Source of the DNA: an uncultured delta proteobacterium
Lineage (GTDB): Bacteria > Desulfobacterota > Desulfomonilia > UBA1062
Direction: 5' to 3'
Length of the DNA: 32,281 nucleotides
Assembly: GCA_963798485.1 (NCBI GenBank)
Contig: CAWCTR010000003.1
Coordinates: 1-32,281 of the forward strand
Below are positions 9,078 to 19,168 of this stretch, piece by piece; position 1 is the first letter of the stretch; each line of letters opens with the position of its first letter. Below the pieces are notes generated by a model. The model made no database searches. It saw nothing but the letters and a program-made list of their open reading frames with translations, and was not told where the DNA came from. Position numbers and translations under genes: made by a program.

Positions 9078-10643
9078 ATGGAGGATCTCTTGGAAAGTCC
9101 TGAGCCCTCTATCCGTCGGAAAACGGGTATATTCCCCAATCTGTCAGTGTGGTTACGTCCTGCCGGGGCGCATAGAGATATTAACGGATGGTACAGGGCA
9201 TCTTTCTGGGGAAGTGTTGCCTGTATTGTGCTGTATACCGCTTTCGGATATGTCTTTGTTAGGGAGCATGCCCTTCGGATAACAGCCGAGACGGCCCTCT
9301 TGGCCCGTTTCGGTATGACGGTTCTCATCAATCCGGATGATGTCCATCTGATAGCGCCGGGCCATCAGCTTGCCAGTGCCCTTTTTTTCGGAATGACCCT
9401 CGGTGTCCTGAATGCCCTTGTGTGCATGGCTCTCACCTTACCGGCATGGGTTTCAGGCCGTTTTGTACGCCGGGACCTCTTTGCCTTTGCCGGGGCAGTC
9501 CTTGTATGCACATTTTTCACCTTCAGCAAAGACATGCCCTGGGTATCCGTCTGTTTCGGGCTCCTGAGCCCCTTAGTCTTCACTCTTGTATGGCTGTTTA
9601 TGGTTAGGAAAGCAGGACACAAAAGCATCAATATAAATATAAAAAGATGGGCTATCTTCTGTGGTATCATCATTGCCCCCCTGGCGATCATTATCGGAAC
9701 CGGCTCATCATTCATGTCGATACGTGATTCCATGCTCTCCATGAGGGTTACCGAGGCCTTGAGTGACGTCTATTATGATCATACCCTCTTGTCTGCTGAT
9801 GTGATCAAACCCATTTCCGCCAGGTCCCAGAACGTGATTGCGTTTTCTGATGATATAAAATCTCTGGGTTACACACCCCACGGGACCCTCTGGATTCGAT
9901 CAAAAAGTCCTTGCTCGGTTGAAGGTGCAACCTTTGCGGTGAGCAGGCAGCCTTTGAACTGCAGGTCTGTAAGGCTCCCGGATGACAGCTTGAGTGCGAA
10001 TGATAATAACAGGATCATCGACGAGCTGAGCAAGGGCATAGATCCCAATAAACAGATGCGCGGTGGTATTGGCTTCTTCTTTTTTTCCGGACCGTTGATC
10101 GTCATTACTGCCCTCATCTTGTCATGGTTTGCCCTTGCACTGGAGATGATTTTTACCCGGAGCAGGTTAATTGTGTTCATAATTGTTATTGCCTATCTGT
10201 CGGTCTTTATGCCCCTGTTCCACGGGGCATATCTCCTGGCCCGGCTCAAGTCTCATCCGGAAAAGATATCAGACTATGCCGCCTCACCTGTGGAGAGGAT
10301 GCGCTATGCGGTTGTGGCCACTTATCCGGGGGCCTTGTCTAAGCAAGACCTTGTGAGGTTGATGCAGGACCCAAGCGCCCGTGTACGGGTAAATGCCGTG
10401 ATTGAGGCCGGGGATCGTATGGACATGGCCCTTCTGAGCGCCATTGAGGCTCGATTGAAAGATCCCAAAATGAATGTACGTACCAAGGCATGCCGGGCGC
10501 TTGGCAAGATACAGTCGGATAAGGCATTAAACCTCCTGGACAAGGCTGTAAGCGAAGATCCCTCATGGTATGTACGGGACTATGCCTATGCCTCTATGGG
10601 CAGGATCAGGCCCGAGACCAAGGTGATATCGCTTATCAAATAG
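9078..10643 (+). CDS. Multi-pass membrane protein with C-terminal HEAT/PBS-lyase repeats
   Basis: Several hydrophobic segments; repeats QDPSARVRVNA, KDPKMNVRTKACRALG, EDPSWYVRDYA. Confidence 0.75.
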   Translation: MEDLLESPEPSIRRKTGIFPNLSVWLRPAGAHRDINGWYRASFWGSVACIVLYTAFGYVFVREHALRITAETALLARFGMTVLINPDDVHLIAPGHQLASALFFGMTLGVLNALVCMALTLPAWVSGRFVRRDLFAFAGAVLVCTFFTFSKDMPWVSVCFGLLSPLVFTLVWLFMVRKAGHKSININIKRWAIFCGIIIAPLAIIIGTGSSFMSIRDSMLSMRVTEALSDVYYDHTLLSADVIKPISARSQNVIAFSDDIKSLGYTPHGTLWIRSKSPCSVEGATFAVSRQPLNCRSVRLPDDSLSANDNNRIIDELSKGIDPNKQMRGGIGFFFFSGPLIVITALILSWFALALEMIFTRSRLIVFIIVIAYLSVFMPLFHGAYLLARLKSHPEKISDYAASPVERMRYAVVATYPGALSKQDLVRLMQDPSARVRVNAVIEAGDRMDMALLSAIEARLKDPKMNVRTKACRALGKIQSDKALNLLDKAVSEDPSWYVRDYAYASMGRIRPETKVISLIK

Positions 10644-10734
10644 TAAATATGCCTGACGTCCTTGAGGTAACATCGAATCTGTGTTAGGCAGCATAGTGTT
10701 ACAATCATACTATCTTAGGCAATCGGGGCAGCAT

Positions 10735-11586
10735 ATGATTCAGATAAAAGACAAACCGTGGGCCAAGAAAAAAGATGAAGGAAAAGAGAAGGTCAAAGAG
10801 AGGCTAGGGCTCATCAGACACACCATTATGGTCATGAGCGGCAAGGGCGGTGTGGGCAAATCCACTGTGGCTGCAAACCTGGCGGCAGGCCTGGTGCAAC
10901 AGGGATATGCCGTAGGCGTCCTTGACGGCGACATCCATGGCCCCAATATCCCGAAGATCCTTGGTATTGAGGACTGCTCCATAAAGGGGGATGAAGAAGG
11001 GAATATGATCCCTGTGGATGTTTATAAAAACCTTAAGGTAGTCTCCGTAGGGAACCTTCTGGAAAATAAGGACCAGCCCATTATATGGCGCGGCCCCATG
11101 AAACATTCGGTGATGAGGCATTTTATCAATGATGTAAAATGGGGTGAGCTCGATTTCCTCATCGTCGACCTCCCTCCCGGCACAGGGGACGAGCCGCTTT
11201 CTATTGCGCAGATCATAAGGCAGGCACAGACCGATCGCTCACCCCATGCCGTCATCGTCACGACACCCCAGGATGTCGCCCTGCTGGACTCACGAAAGAG
11301 CGTTGAGTTCGCAAAGGCATTAAACCTGAGCATGCTTGGGATTATCGAGAATATGAGCACCTTTTCCTGCCCCCACTGCGGGCATGCCATCGATCTGTTC
11401 AAGGCAGGAGGTGGTGAACGTGCCGCCCACGAGCTTAATGTGCCTTTCCTCGGTGCCATACCCATTGACCCTGCTGTTGTGCGGGACACCGACAACGGCA
11501 GACCATTCATGCTCTATAACATGAGCTGTGTTGCAGGCATGGCTTTCCAGCGGGTCATAGAAAAGATATTGAAGTCTTTCGGATAA
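10735..11586 (+). CDS. apbC: Mrp/NBP35 (ApbC) Fe-S cluster carrier ATPase
   Basis: SGKGGVGKST, DGDIHGP, IWRGP, DLPPGTGDE, VTTPQ, ENMSTFSCPHC; ATG 10735 preferred over GTG 10681. Confidence 0.92.
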   Translation: MIQIKDKPWAKKKDEGKEKVKERLGLIRHTIMVMSGKGGVGKSTVAANLAAGLVQQGYAVGVLDGDIHGPNIPKILGIEDCSIKGDEEGNMIPVDVYKNLKVVSVGNLLENKDQPIIWRGPMKHSVMRHFINDVKWGELDFLIVDLPPGTGDEPLSIAQIIRQAQTDRSPHAVIVTTPQDVALLDSRKSVEFAKALNLSMLGIIENMSTFSCPHCGHAIDLFKAGGGERAAHELNVPFLGAIPIDPAVVRDTDNGRPFMLYNMSCVAGMAFQRVIEKILKSFG

Positions 11587-11616
11587 TTGATTCATTCATT
11601 ATAATGAAGCAGTCTT

Positions 11617-12120
11617 ATGCCGACATATAGTACAATGATAAAGCCAATCACAAACGAATATTGTCTTAGTACTTTTCCTCATAAACAGCTCGTAGCCCTT
11701 TATACTGTTTTCCTGCTGGCCTTAGGATTCGGCTGTCAAGTACATTCCTCTGACATAAATATCCAAAAGGACTCATCTGCAAAGGTTGGCGGCCCTTGTG
11801 AGTACAAAGACTACAAAGGCAAGGCCGAGGTAATATCTGTTCAGAAGATAGAGTTTGGCAGTGCTTCAACAAGCATAAAGAAGCCTGATGGGTCATATGA
11901 AGTAAAATATTCATTTTATCCGGAGAATAAGATTCAAGAGACCTTTGTTCACGTGGAGTCTCGATATTTTGTTCTCCTTCTTCCCGATTCGTCTTATCCT
12001 GACCCCGAGTTCATTCGAAAGAATGACATTACACCGGGTAAGAAACTTGATTGTGTCCTAAAGGTTATCACGAAAGGTGCATGCACCCCCATGATCTTCA
12101 AGTTTCCGGCATTGAAGTGA
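11617..12120 (+). CDS. Hypothetical exported or lipoprotein-like protein
   Basis: Hydrophobic stretch ending LGFGC; Cys motifs GGPCEY and GACTP; start uncertain. Confidence 0.55.
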   Translation: MPTYSTMIKPITNEYCLSTFPHKQLVALYTVFLLALGFGCQVHSSDINIQKDSSAKVGGPCEYKDYKGKAEVISVQKIEFGSASTSIKKPDGSYEVKYSFYPENKIQETFVHVESRYFVLLLPDSSYPDPEFIRKNDITPGKKLDCVLKVITKGACTPMIFKFPALK

Positions 12121-12149
12121 AAATCAGGAAACAGTATAGGTACAACAAC

Positions 12150-15100
12150 ATGATTACTTATAAGAAATCATTTGCCAATATTACGATACTGTTCCTTATA
12201 TTCTTGGCAGGTATTTTTCAAGCTGCTCAAGCAGATGATCTCAGAAGGCCGCATGGTGTTATGCGGCCTGACAGTGAAACCCTGATCAATTGGCAACAGA
12301 GATATAAAGACGCCCCACAAGCACAGATAAAAAAGAATGTGCTGTATAACGCAGGATCTACGGGATCATTGAGTTTATTGAACCATCTTGATTATATCCC
12401 TTCCGAATATGACCAGGGTTCGTGCGGAGACTGCTGGATGTGGGCGGGGACTGGGGTAATGGCCATTGCCCTCGATGTAAATAATAATACATACGACAGC
12501 CTCTCTGTCCAATATTTTAATTCAAATGCAACGGTGGTACCCGGGTTAACATGTTGCGCAGGCGGCGACCTTTCCTATCTGGTCGATTTCTATTCTACTT
12601 CGGGATACCAGCAGGCCATACCCTGGTCTAATACAAATGCAAACTGGCAGTCTGGAAATGACACATGTGGTCCTCTAGGCGCATCTATCAGTACCAATCC
12701 TGATTATCCCATTTCATCGATAACAGCTGTAACAATACCGACCCAAACAGTCTCTCAGGCTACGGCCATTGCAAATATTAAGAGCATACTCAATCAGAAT
12801 CAGGCTGTTTATTTTGGTTTTATCATGCCTACAGCGGCAGATGGAACTAACTTTGATACCTTCTGGGAAAACCAAACAGAAGACATAATTTGGAATCCCG
12901 ATTTCTCCTGTGGTCACAGATATACCACTGGCTGGGGCCATGCGGTGCTCTGTGTCGGTTACAATGATGAAGATCCCAACAACTCCTATTGGATCATAGT
13001 GAACAGCTGGGGTGTAACCTCAGGAAGACCGAACGGGATATTCCACCTTGATATGAACATGAGTTATAATTGTCAGTATAGCATAGGCAGGCAAACGGGA
13101 TATTATAGCTTCGAATTTTGGACACTGAATATTGCTTACGCGATCCCACAAATATTGTCTTCCTCTCCAACCTCTCTTGCTGATTCATGCGTAACAGGGA
13201 ATATCGTCCCATCCCAAACGTTCCAAGTCTCAAACTCAGGCACGGGGACCCTCAATTACACAATTACAACAGATCAGGCGTGGTTAACCTGCAACACAAC
13301 AAGCGGCACATTATCAGGTGCATCAAGTACGAATACTATCACAGTAAATTATGCAACCTCCAGCTTAGCCCCAGGGAACTACTCGGCCAATATCACGATA
13401 ACCGCACAAGGCTCACAGAATAGCCCTCAGACTATCCCGGTGAGTCTCACGGTGCTTTCACCTACGCCTACAATTGCGATCTCTCCAACCTCTCTTACTA
13501 ATTCATGCCCGGCAGGGACTAATGCCTCAGCCCAATCGTTCCAAGTCTGGAACTCAGGTGCAGGGACTCTGAATTACACGATTTCAACCACCATAACAAC
13601 AGGTCAGGATTGGGTATCCTGCTACACTACAAGCGGAATTTCATCAGGTGCATCAGATAGGAAAGCTATTGCAGTAAATTATTCAACCTCCAGCTTACCT
13701 CCAGGGAGCTACTCGGCGACTATCACGATAAACGCTCCAGGTTCATCGAACAGCCCTCAGACTATCCCGGTGAGTCTTACGGTCCTTCCACCTACGATTG
13801 CAGTTTCTCCAACCTCTCTTACTAATTCATGCGTAGTGGGAAATAATGCCCCTGCCCAAACGTTCCAAGTCTGGAACTCAGGGGCGGGAACCCTCAATTA
13901 TACAATTACAACCACCATAACAACAGGTCAGGCTTGGGTATCCTGCGACACGGCAAGCGGCACTTCATCAGGCCCATTAAATCAGCAGACTATTACCGTA
14001 AATTATATAACCTCCGGCTTACCTCCTGGGAACTATTCGGCGACTATCACGATAACCGCAGCAGGATCATCGAACAGCCCTCAGACTATCCCGGTGAATC
14101 TTACGGTCCTCACTCCCACCATATCATTTTCTCCTTTATCTCTAACCAACTCATGTTCCCAGGGGTGTAACGCAGCCGGCCAAACATTCAATGTCTGGAA
14201 CTCAGGTGCCGGTACACTGAATTACACGATATCTTCAGATCAATCATGGGTTTCCTGTGCAACATCGGGGACTTCAAGTGGCGTAAATGACAAAAAGAGT
14301 ATCTCAGTATTCTACTCTGCTTCAGGCCTTACCGCTGGGGACTATTCAGCTACTATTACCATAACCGATCCCATGGCATCCAATAACCCACAGACTCTCC
14401 CTGTGACCTTAAATATAACTCCCCCTCCCAGTCCTGTGATTGCTCATAATGCCCCTGCAACAATTTCCGCTTCGTGCATTCAAGGCAGCAACCCGTCAAG
14501 CACATCTTTCAATATATGGAACTCCGGGGGCGGGACCTTGGGTTATACGATCGCATCCAGTCAATCCTGGCTCTCTTGCATCCCCTCAAGCGGAACATCC
14601 GTTACCACGTGCAGTGGCAGCGGGCATAACACCATCACGATCAGTTATTCAACAACCGGGCTAACAGCAGGGAGTTACCCGGCAAGCATTACCATTAATG
14701 CCTCAGGGGCATCAAATAACCCACAAACTATACCGGTAAGCTTGACAGTGAACGCCCCCGCACCGGTCCCAACCATTTCAGACACCCCTGCATCCATCAC
14801 AGTCACGTGCGTGAAAGGATCCAATGCATCGAGTCAGTCTTTTGATGTGTGGAACTCAGGAACTGGGACGCTTAATTATACGATTTATGATGACGCTTCG
14901 TGGCTGTCATGTACACCATCAAGCGGAACATCCATTGGCGGGCATAGCGTTATAACTGTCACTTTTGCAAACTCCGACCTTGTTTCAGGGACATATCCGG
15001 CAACTATAACCATCAGCGCACCAGGGGCGTCAAACAGCCCCCAGACTATCCCCGTGAGCCTGATTGTGAGTGAACCGGTCGTCGTCAGCACGGTAAAATC

Positions 15101-15572
15101 AACCTTCTCGATTGATCCTGCATCTCTCACGGTGACATGTACACAAGGATCTGATGCAGCAGACCAAAGTTTTGATATATGGAATTCGGGGAGCGGAACG
15201 CTCAATTATTCCATTTCCGCCGATGCAAATTGGATCACCGTTTCACCTGCAAACGGGGCTTTGACTAGTGATCATACCATGATCACTGTTCATTTAAATA
15301 CCGCCGGCCTGGCTGCAGGGGAGTATGACCAGAACATTACCATCGCCTCTGTAGATGCAGATGTTACCAACAGCCCTCAAACAATACCTGTGCATGTGTC
15401 GGTGAAAGCTGCCGCTGCACTGAGCACAGGAGGCAGTGGAGGAGGCGGGGGCTGTTTTATATCCTGTTCCGTATCAAAGGGGCATGTTTCACAAGTGATG
15501 TATTTCTTTGTGGTCGTAGGGATAATGTTCGTAGGTATAGCACGTTTCATCATACAATTCGTGGCACCATAA
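12150..15572 (+). CDS. Papain-like (C1) cysteine protease with 7 Ig/BACON-like repeats and a C-terminal GGGGGCFI plus TM anchor
   Basis: Signal peptide; DQGSCGDCW (Gln/Cys), GHAVLCVGY (His), NSWG (Asn); repeats with (W)NSGxGTLxY..W..PQT(I/L)PV; tail GGSGGGGGCFI followed by a hydrophobic helix. Confidence 0.88.
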   Translation: MITYKKSFANITILFLIFLAGIFQAAQADDLRRPHGVMRPDSETLINWQQRYKDAPQAQIKKNVLYNAGSTGSLSLLNHLDYIPSEYDQGSCGDCWMWAGTGVMAIALDVNNNTYDSLSVQYFNSNATVVPGLTCCAGGDLSYLVDFYSTSGYQQAIPWSNTNANWQSGNDTCGPLGASISTNPDYPISSITAVTIPTQTVSQATAIANIKSILNQNQAVYFGFIMPTAADGTNFDTFWENQTEDIIWNPDFSCGHRYTTGWGHAVLCVGYNDEDPNNSYWIIVNSWGVTSGRPNGIFHLDMNMSYNCQYSIGRQTGYYSFEFWTLNIAYAIPQILSSSPTSLADSCVTGNIVPSQTFQVSNSGTGTLNYTITTDQAWLTCNTTSGTLSGASSTNTITVNYATSSLAPGNYSANITITAQGSQNSPQTIPVSLTVLSPTPTIAISPTSLTNSCPAGTNASAQSFQVWNSGAGTLNYTISTTITTGQDWVSCYTTSGISSGASDRKAIAVNYSTSSLPPGSYSATITINAPGSSNSPQTIPVSLTVLPPTIAVSPTSLTNSCVVGNNAPAQTFQVWNSGAGTLNYTITTTITTGQAWVSCDTASGTSSGPLNQQTITVNYITSGLPPGNYSATITITAAGSSNSPQTIPVNLTVLTPTISFSPLSLTNSCSQGCNAAGQTFNVWNSGAGTLNYTISSDQSWVSCATSGTSSGVNDKKSISVFYSASGLTAGDYSATITITDPMASNNPQTLPVTLNITPPPSPVIAHNAPATISASCIQGSNPSSTSFNIWNSGGGTLGYTIASSQSWLSCIPSSGTSVTTCSGSGHNTITISYSTTGLTAGSYPASITINASGASNNPQTIPVSLTVNAPAPVPTISDTPASITVTCVKGSNASSQSFDVWNSGTGTLNYTIYDDASWLSCTPSSGTSIGGHSVITVTFANSDLVSGTYPATITISAPGASNSPQTIPVSLIVSEPVVVSTVKSTFSIDPASLTVTCTQGSDAADQSFDIWNSGSGTLNYSISADANWITVSPANGALTSDHTMITVHLNTAGLAAGEYDQNITIASVDADVTNSPQTIPVHVSVKAAAALSTGGSGGGGGCFISCSVSKGHVSQVMYFFVVVGIMFVGIARFIIQFVAP
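13146..15405 (+). repeat. Seven ~105-aa intragenic tandem domain repeats
   Basis: Seven units visible in translation; units 1-3 share long identical DNA stretches (tctccaacctctctt, agccctcagactatcccggtga); bounds approximate. Confidence 0.85.
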
Positions 15573-15724
15573 TCTTTACCCACACCGCGCTTTTATCTTG
15601 ACTGGTGAGCAGCCTTACCATAAATTCTGCTGCAACCCGTTGGTAAGGGCATTTGGAATGGCATTGGGGATGAAACCTTTTACCAGCCTCTTTTGAGATG
15701 GACGTAAGGTGAGAAACCGGATCT

Positions 15725-18700
15725 ATGTTTGAATTTCATATATCCCGTAGAGCACGGGAACTGTATCAGTTCGATAAAACGTTGTTTTCCTTTTCGGGCA
15801 ATGTGGTCTTTGCCTCTGCGCATGCGGCAAGGGAATTTGCCGAGAAGATGAACCATATCCGGGATGTTGCAGCACATCCTGAACGCTCAGTGCGCGCCTC
15901 TGATATCAATGCCATGGGTTTGATCGACGAGGTGCTGCACTTTATGATAGAGGTTTACCGCAGACAGGTTAACCCGAACATCATGAAGGATGCCTACGGA
16001 TATGCAGCCTCCAAGCTCGCTGCGGTGGATAACACCCTAGAGCTCTTCCTGGAACAGTTTCCACCGAGGGATGTTTACCTGGGCAAACTGTCGGTCAAGG
16101 AATATCTCCAATCCGACACGTTAGGGGTCTCAAACAAGCTCATTGCCATGGAAGAGATGCTCATGCTCTTCATCTCCAATGAGAATCCTGCACTGGTGCC
16201 CTATAAGGAGCTCTTTGACGACTCACAGTTGAGAGAGGAAACGCCTTATATCCAGATCATCTCCTGCCTCGATGAATTTTTCAGGACACAGCCGCCGTTA
16301 GGGGCTATGGGACAGACCCTGCTCGATCTTCTGATGGCGCCGCTGAGGGCTGCACCCCATTCTCTCTATGACCAGCTCGAATACATCAGGCTCCACTGGG
16401 GATCTCTTTTGGCAGAGCTCTACATCAAGCTCCTGCGCAGTCTCGACCTCATCAAGGAAGAGACCAAGGCCCGCTTCCTTGGCCCGGGAACCGCACCTGT
16501 CCCTTTCTTCACCCTGAAGGACCTGGAAGACCTTGAACGGTTCAGCGCGGACCTTGACTGGATGGCAAGCCTGGTGCTTATGGCCAAGAGCGTATATGTG
16601 TGGCTGCACCAGCTCTGCCTCAAATATCAAAGGCACATCTGGCGGCTCGATCAGATCCCTGACGAGGAACTGGAGATACTCGCAAGATGGGGATTCACCG
16701 GGCTATGGCTTATCGGAATATGGGAGCGGAGCCCTTCATCGCGCACCATCAAGCAGATGACCGGCAACCCCGAGGCCGCCGCCTCGGCGTATTCCATCTT
16801 TGATTACTCCATTGCATCCGAACTTGGCGGCGATGAGGCCTTCGAAAACCTTAAAGGCCGTGCCATGCGTTACGGCATAAGGATGGCCACCGATATGGTG
16901 CCCAACCATATGGGGATCTATTCCAAGTGGGTCATCGAACATCCCGACTGGTTCATCCAGCTCGACCACAGCCCATTCCCGGGCTATCGGTTCACCGGGG
17001 CCAACCTTTCAGGTGAAGACCGCGTGGAGATCCAAATTGAGGACGGATACTGGGACAGGCGCGATGCCGCGGTGGTATTCCGGCGACATGACCGGTACAC
17101 CGGTCAAAGCCGGTATATTTACCATGGCAATGACGGAACGAGCATGCCCTGGAACGACACGGCCCAGCTCGACTTTTTGAAGCACGAGGTGCGCCAGGCG
17201 GTCATCAACCAGACCATTGCCATTGCCAGGAAGTTCCCCATCATCCGGTTCGATGCGGCCATGACCCTTGCCAAGAGGCACTTCCAGCGTCTCTGGTATC
17301 CGCCTCCCGGCTATGGCGGTGACATACCGTCACGCTCCGGCCACGGGGTATCGCCTGATGAGTTCGAAAAGTTCTTTCCCATTGAATTCTGGAGGGAGTT
17401 GGTGGACCGGGTTGCAGCCGAGGTACCCAACACCCTGCTCCTGGCAGAGGCCTTCTGGCTCATGGAGGGCTACTTTGTCAGGTCTCTGGGCATGCACCGT
17501 GTCTATAACAGCGCCTTCATGAACATGCTCAAGACCGAAGAGAACAGCAAATACCGCGATGTCATGAAGAACGTGCTGCGCTTCAACCCCGAGATCTTAA
17601 GGAGGTTCGTCAACTTCATGAACAATCCTGACGAAGAGCCTGCGGTCCACGGTTTCGGCAAGGACGATAAGTATTTCGGCGTGGCCACACTCATGGCAAC
17701 CATGCCGGGCCTGCCCATGTTCGGCCATGGGCAGATCGAGGGGTTCTCTGAAAAATACGGCATGGAATACAAGAGGGCCTATTGGGAAGAATCCATTGAT
17801 GAGAACCTTGTAAGGCGTCATGAACGCGAGATCTTCCCGCTCCTGAAAAAGCGCCGCCTCTTCAGCGGTGTGGAAAGCTTTGTCATGTATGATGTGCGCA
17901 CGCCGGACGGACATGTGAACGAAGACATATTCGCCTATTCCAACAGGTATGGCGTTGAGCGCTCGCTCGTGGTCTATAACAACCGCTATGCCGATGCCAC
18001 AGGCATCATCAAGAGCTCGGTGGGCATGAACATGGACAACAACGGCAGGAGGCACGTCATCCATAAAGGTCTTGGAGATGGTCTGGAGCTGAAGAACGAC
18101 GGGTCTGTCTTCTACACGTTCCGTGACCACAGGACAGGCCTGGAATATATCCGTAACAGCCACAGACTCTGGCAAGACGGCCTGATGATTCACCTTGGGG
18201 CCTTCGGGTGCCACGTGTTCACCTCCTTCAGCGAGGTCTATGACCACGATGGCACCTGCCGCATCCTTGAGGAGAAGCTCCTGGGCAAGGGAGTCCCGGA
18301 TGTGATGAGGGCACTGAGGGAGACCTACCTTGAAAAGGTGCTCTTGCCCTTTGGCGAAATGCTTACCGGGGATACCTTGAAGATACTCATGGCAGAGGGA
18401 AGAAGAACTCTCAAGGTCCCTGCCATGTATCAGGATCGGCTGGTCTCGTTCCTGCGCAATGCCCGTGAATTTTCCGGCTGGGCTGCCAGGGAAACTGTGG
18501 TGGCAGACAAATCGTGCTCCATGATGGAGGCCCTCTTCTTCATGGATGCGGCAAGGGGCAAAAAGGAATGGAAGAAAGACAAGAAGGTGCAGTCGGTACT
18601 GGCGCTCATCCCTGAACTGATGCCTGATGACCTCTTAGGGTGGAGGCTCCCGGTGCTCTGGTCTGTTGTGACCCATATAGATGGACTTATGGGCGATGAA

Positions 18701-19156
18701 GAGAAAACCGCCAGGTCCATCAACTTGATTGAAGACTGGATGCTGGACTGGGCATTGGAAAAGGCCATGGTAAACCTTGGCACGGACGAGGGCAGGGCGC
18801 GTTACGAGGTAACGTTGATAAAGATCCTCACGCGATATCAAGGAAAGACAGCCTTACAGGATATGATACAATTCAGCTCAAAGATTAAAGAGATGCTCGT
18901 AGATACACAAGCGAGAGACTTTCTCGGTTTCAACCAATTCAACGAAACCTGGTGGTTCAACAAGGAGTCCATGGAAACACTGATCTCCTGGCTTGCCTTT
19001 GGTTCTGTTTTGCAGCAGCTCTCAGGCCAAAGGCACAGCGAAAAGGTTTTAAAAGATATTTTGCACAAGACAGACGACACGCTCAGCGAGCTTAGAAAAC
19101 GGATTGAATCATCCGGATATGAGGCAACAAAACTCGCTGCATTGTTGAATATATAA
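15725..19156 (+). CDS. Large GH13 alpha-amylase-family protein
   Basis: DMVPNH (region I), RFDAAM (nucleophile Asp), AEAFW (acid/base Glu), NNPDE; long N- and C-terminal extensions. Confidence 0.85.
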   Translation: MFEFHISRRARELYQFDKTLFSFSGNVVFASAHAAREFAEKMNHIRDVAAHPERSVRASDINAMGLIDEVLHFMIEVYRRQVNPNIMKDAYGYAASKLAAVDNTLELFLEQFPPRDVYLGKLSVKEYLQSDTLGVSNKLIAMEEMLMLFISNENPALVPYKELFDDSQLREETPYIQIISCLDEFFRTQPPLGAMGQTLLDLLMAPLRAAPHSLYDQLEYIRLHWGSLLAELYIKLLRSLDLIKEETKARFLGPGTAPVPFFTLKDLEDLERFSADLDWMASLVLMAKSVYVWLHQLCLKYQRHIWRLDQIPDEELEILARWGFTGLWLIGIWERSPSSRTIKQMTGNPEAAASAYSIFDYSIASELGGDEAFENLKGRAMRYGIRMATDMVPNHMGIYSKWVIEHPDWFIQLDHSPFPGYRFTGANLSGEDRVEIQIEDGYWDRRDAAVVFRRHDRYTGQSRYIYHGNDGTSMPWNDTAQLDFLKHEVRQAVINQTIAIARKFPIIRFDAAMTLAKRHFQRLWYPPPGYGGDIPSRSGHGVSPDEFEKFFPIEFWRELVDRVAAEVPNTLLLAEAFWLMEGYFVRSLGMHRVYNSAFMNMLKTEENSKYRDVMKNVLRFNPEILRRFVNFMNNPDEEPAVHGFGKDDKYFGVATLMATMPGLPMFGHGQIEGFSEKYGMEYKRAYWEESIDENLVRRHEREIFPLLKKRRLFSGVESFVMYDVRTPDGHVNEDIFAYSNRYGVERSLVVYNNRYADATGIIKSSVGMNMDNNGRRHVIHKGLGDGLELKNDGSVFYTFRDHRTGLEYIRNSHRLWQDGLMIHLGAFGCHVFTSFSEVYDHDGTCRILEEKLLGKGVPDVMRALRETYLEKVLLPFGEMLTGDTLKILMAEGRRTLKVPAMYQDRLVSFLRNAREFSGWAARETVVADKSCSMMEALFFMDAARGKKEWKKDKKVQSVLALIPELMPDDLLGWRLPVLWSVVTHIDGLMGDEEKTARSINLIEDWMLDWALEKAMVNLGTDEGRARYEVTLIKILTRYQGKTALQDMIQFSSKIKEMLVDTQARDFLGFNQFNETWWFNKESMETLISWLAFGSVLQQLSGQRHSEKVLKDILHKTDDTLSELRKRIESSGYEATKLAALLNI

Positions 19157-19168
19157 GGAGTATCAATA

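Noticed and set aside
13146-14115. Near-identical repeats as a DGR template/variable pair
   Set aside because: They are in-frame domain repeats, and the differences do not appear restricted to adenines
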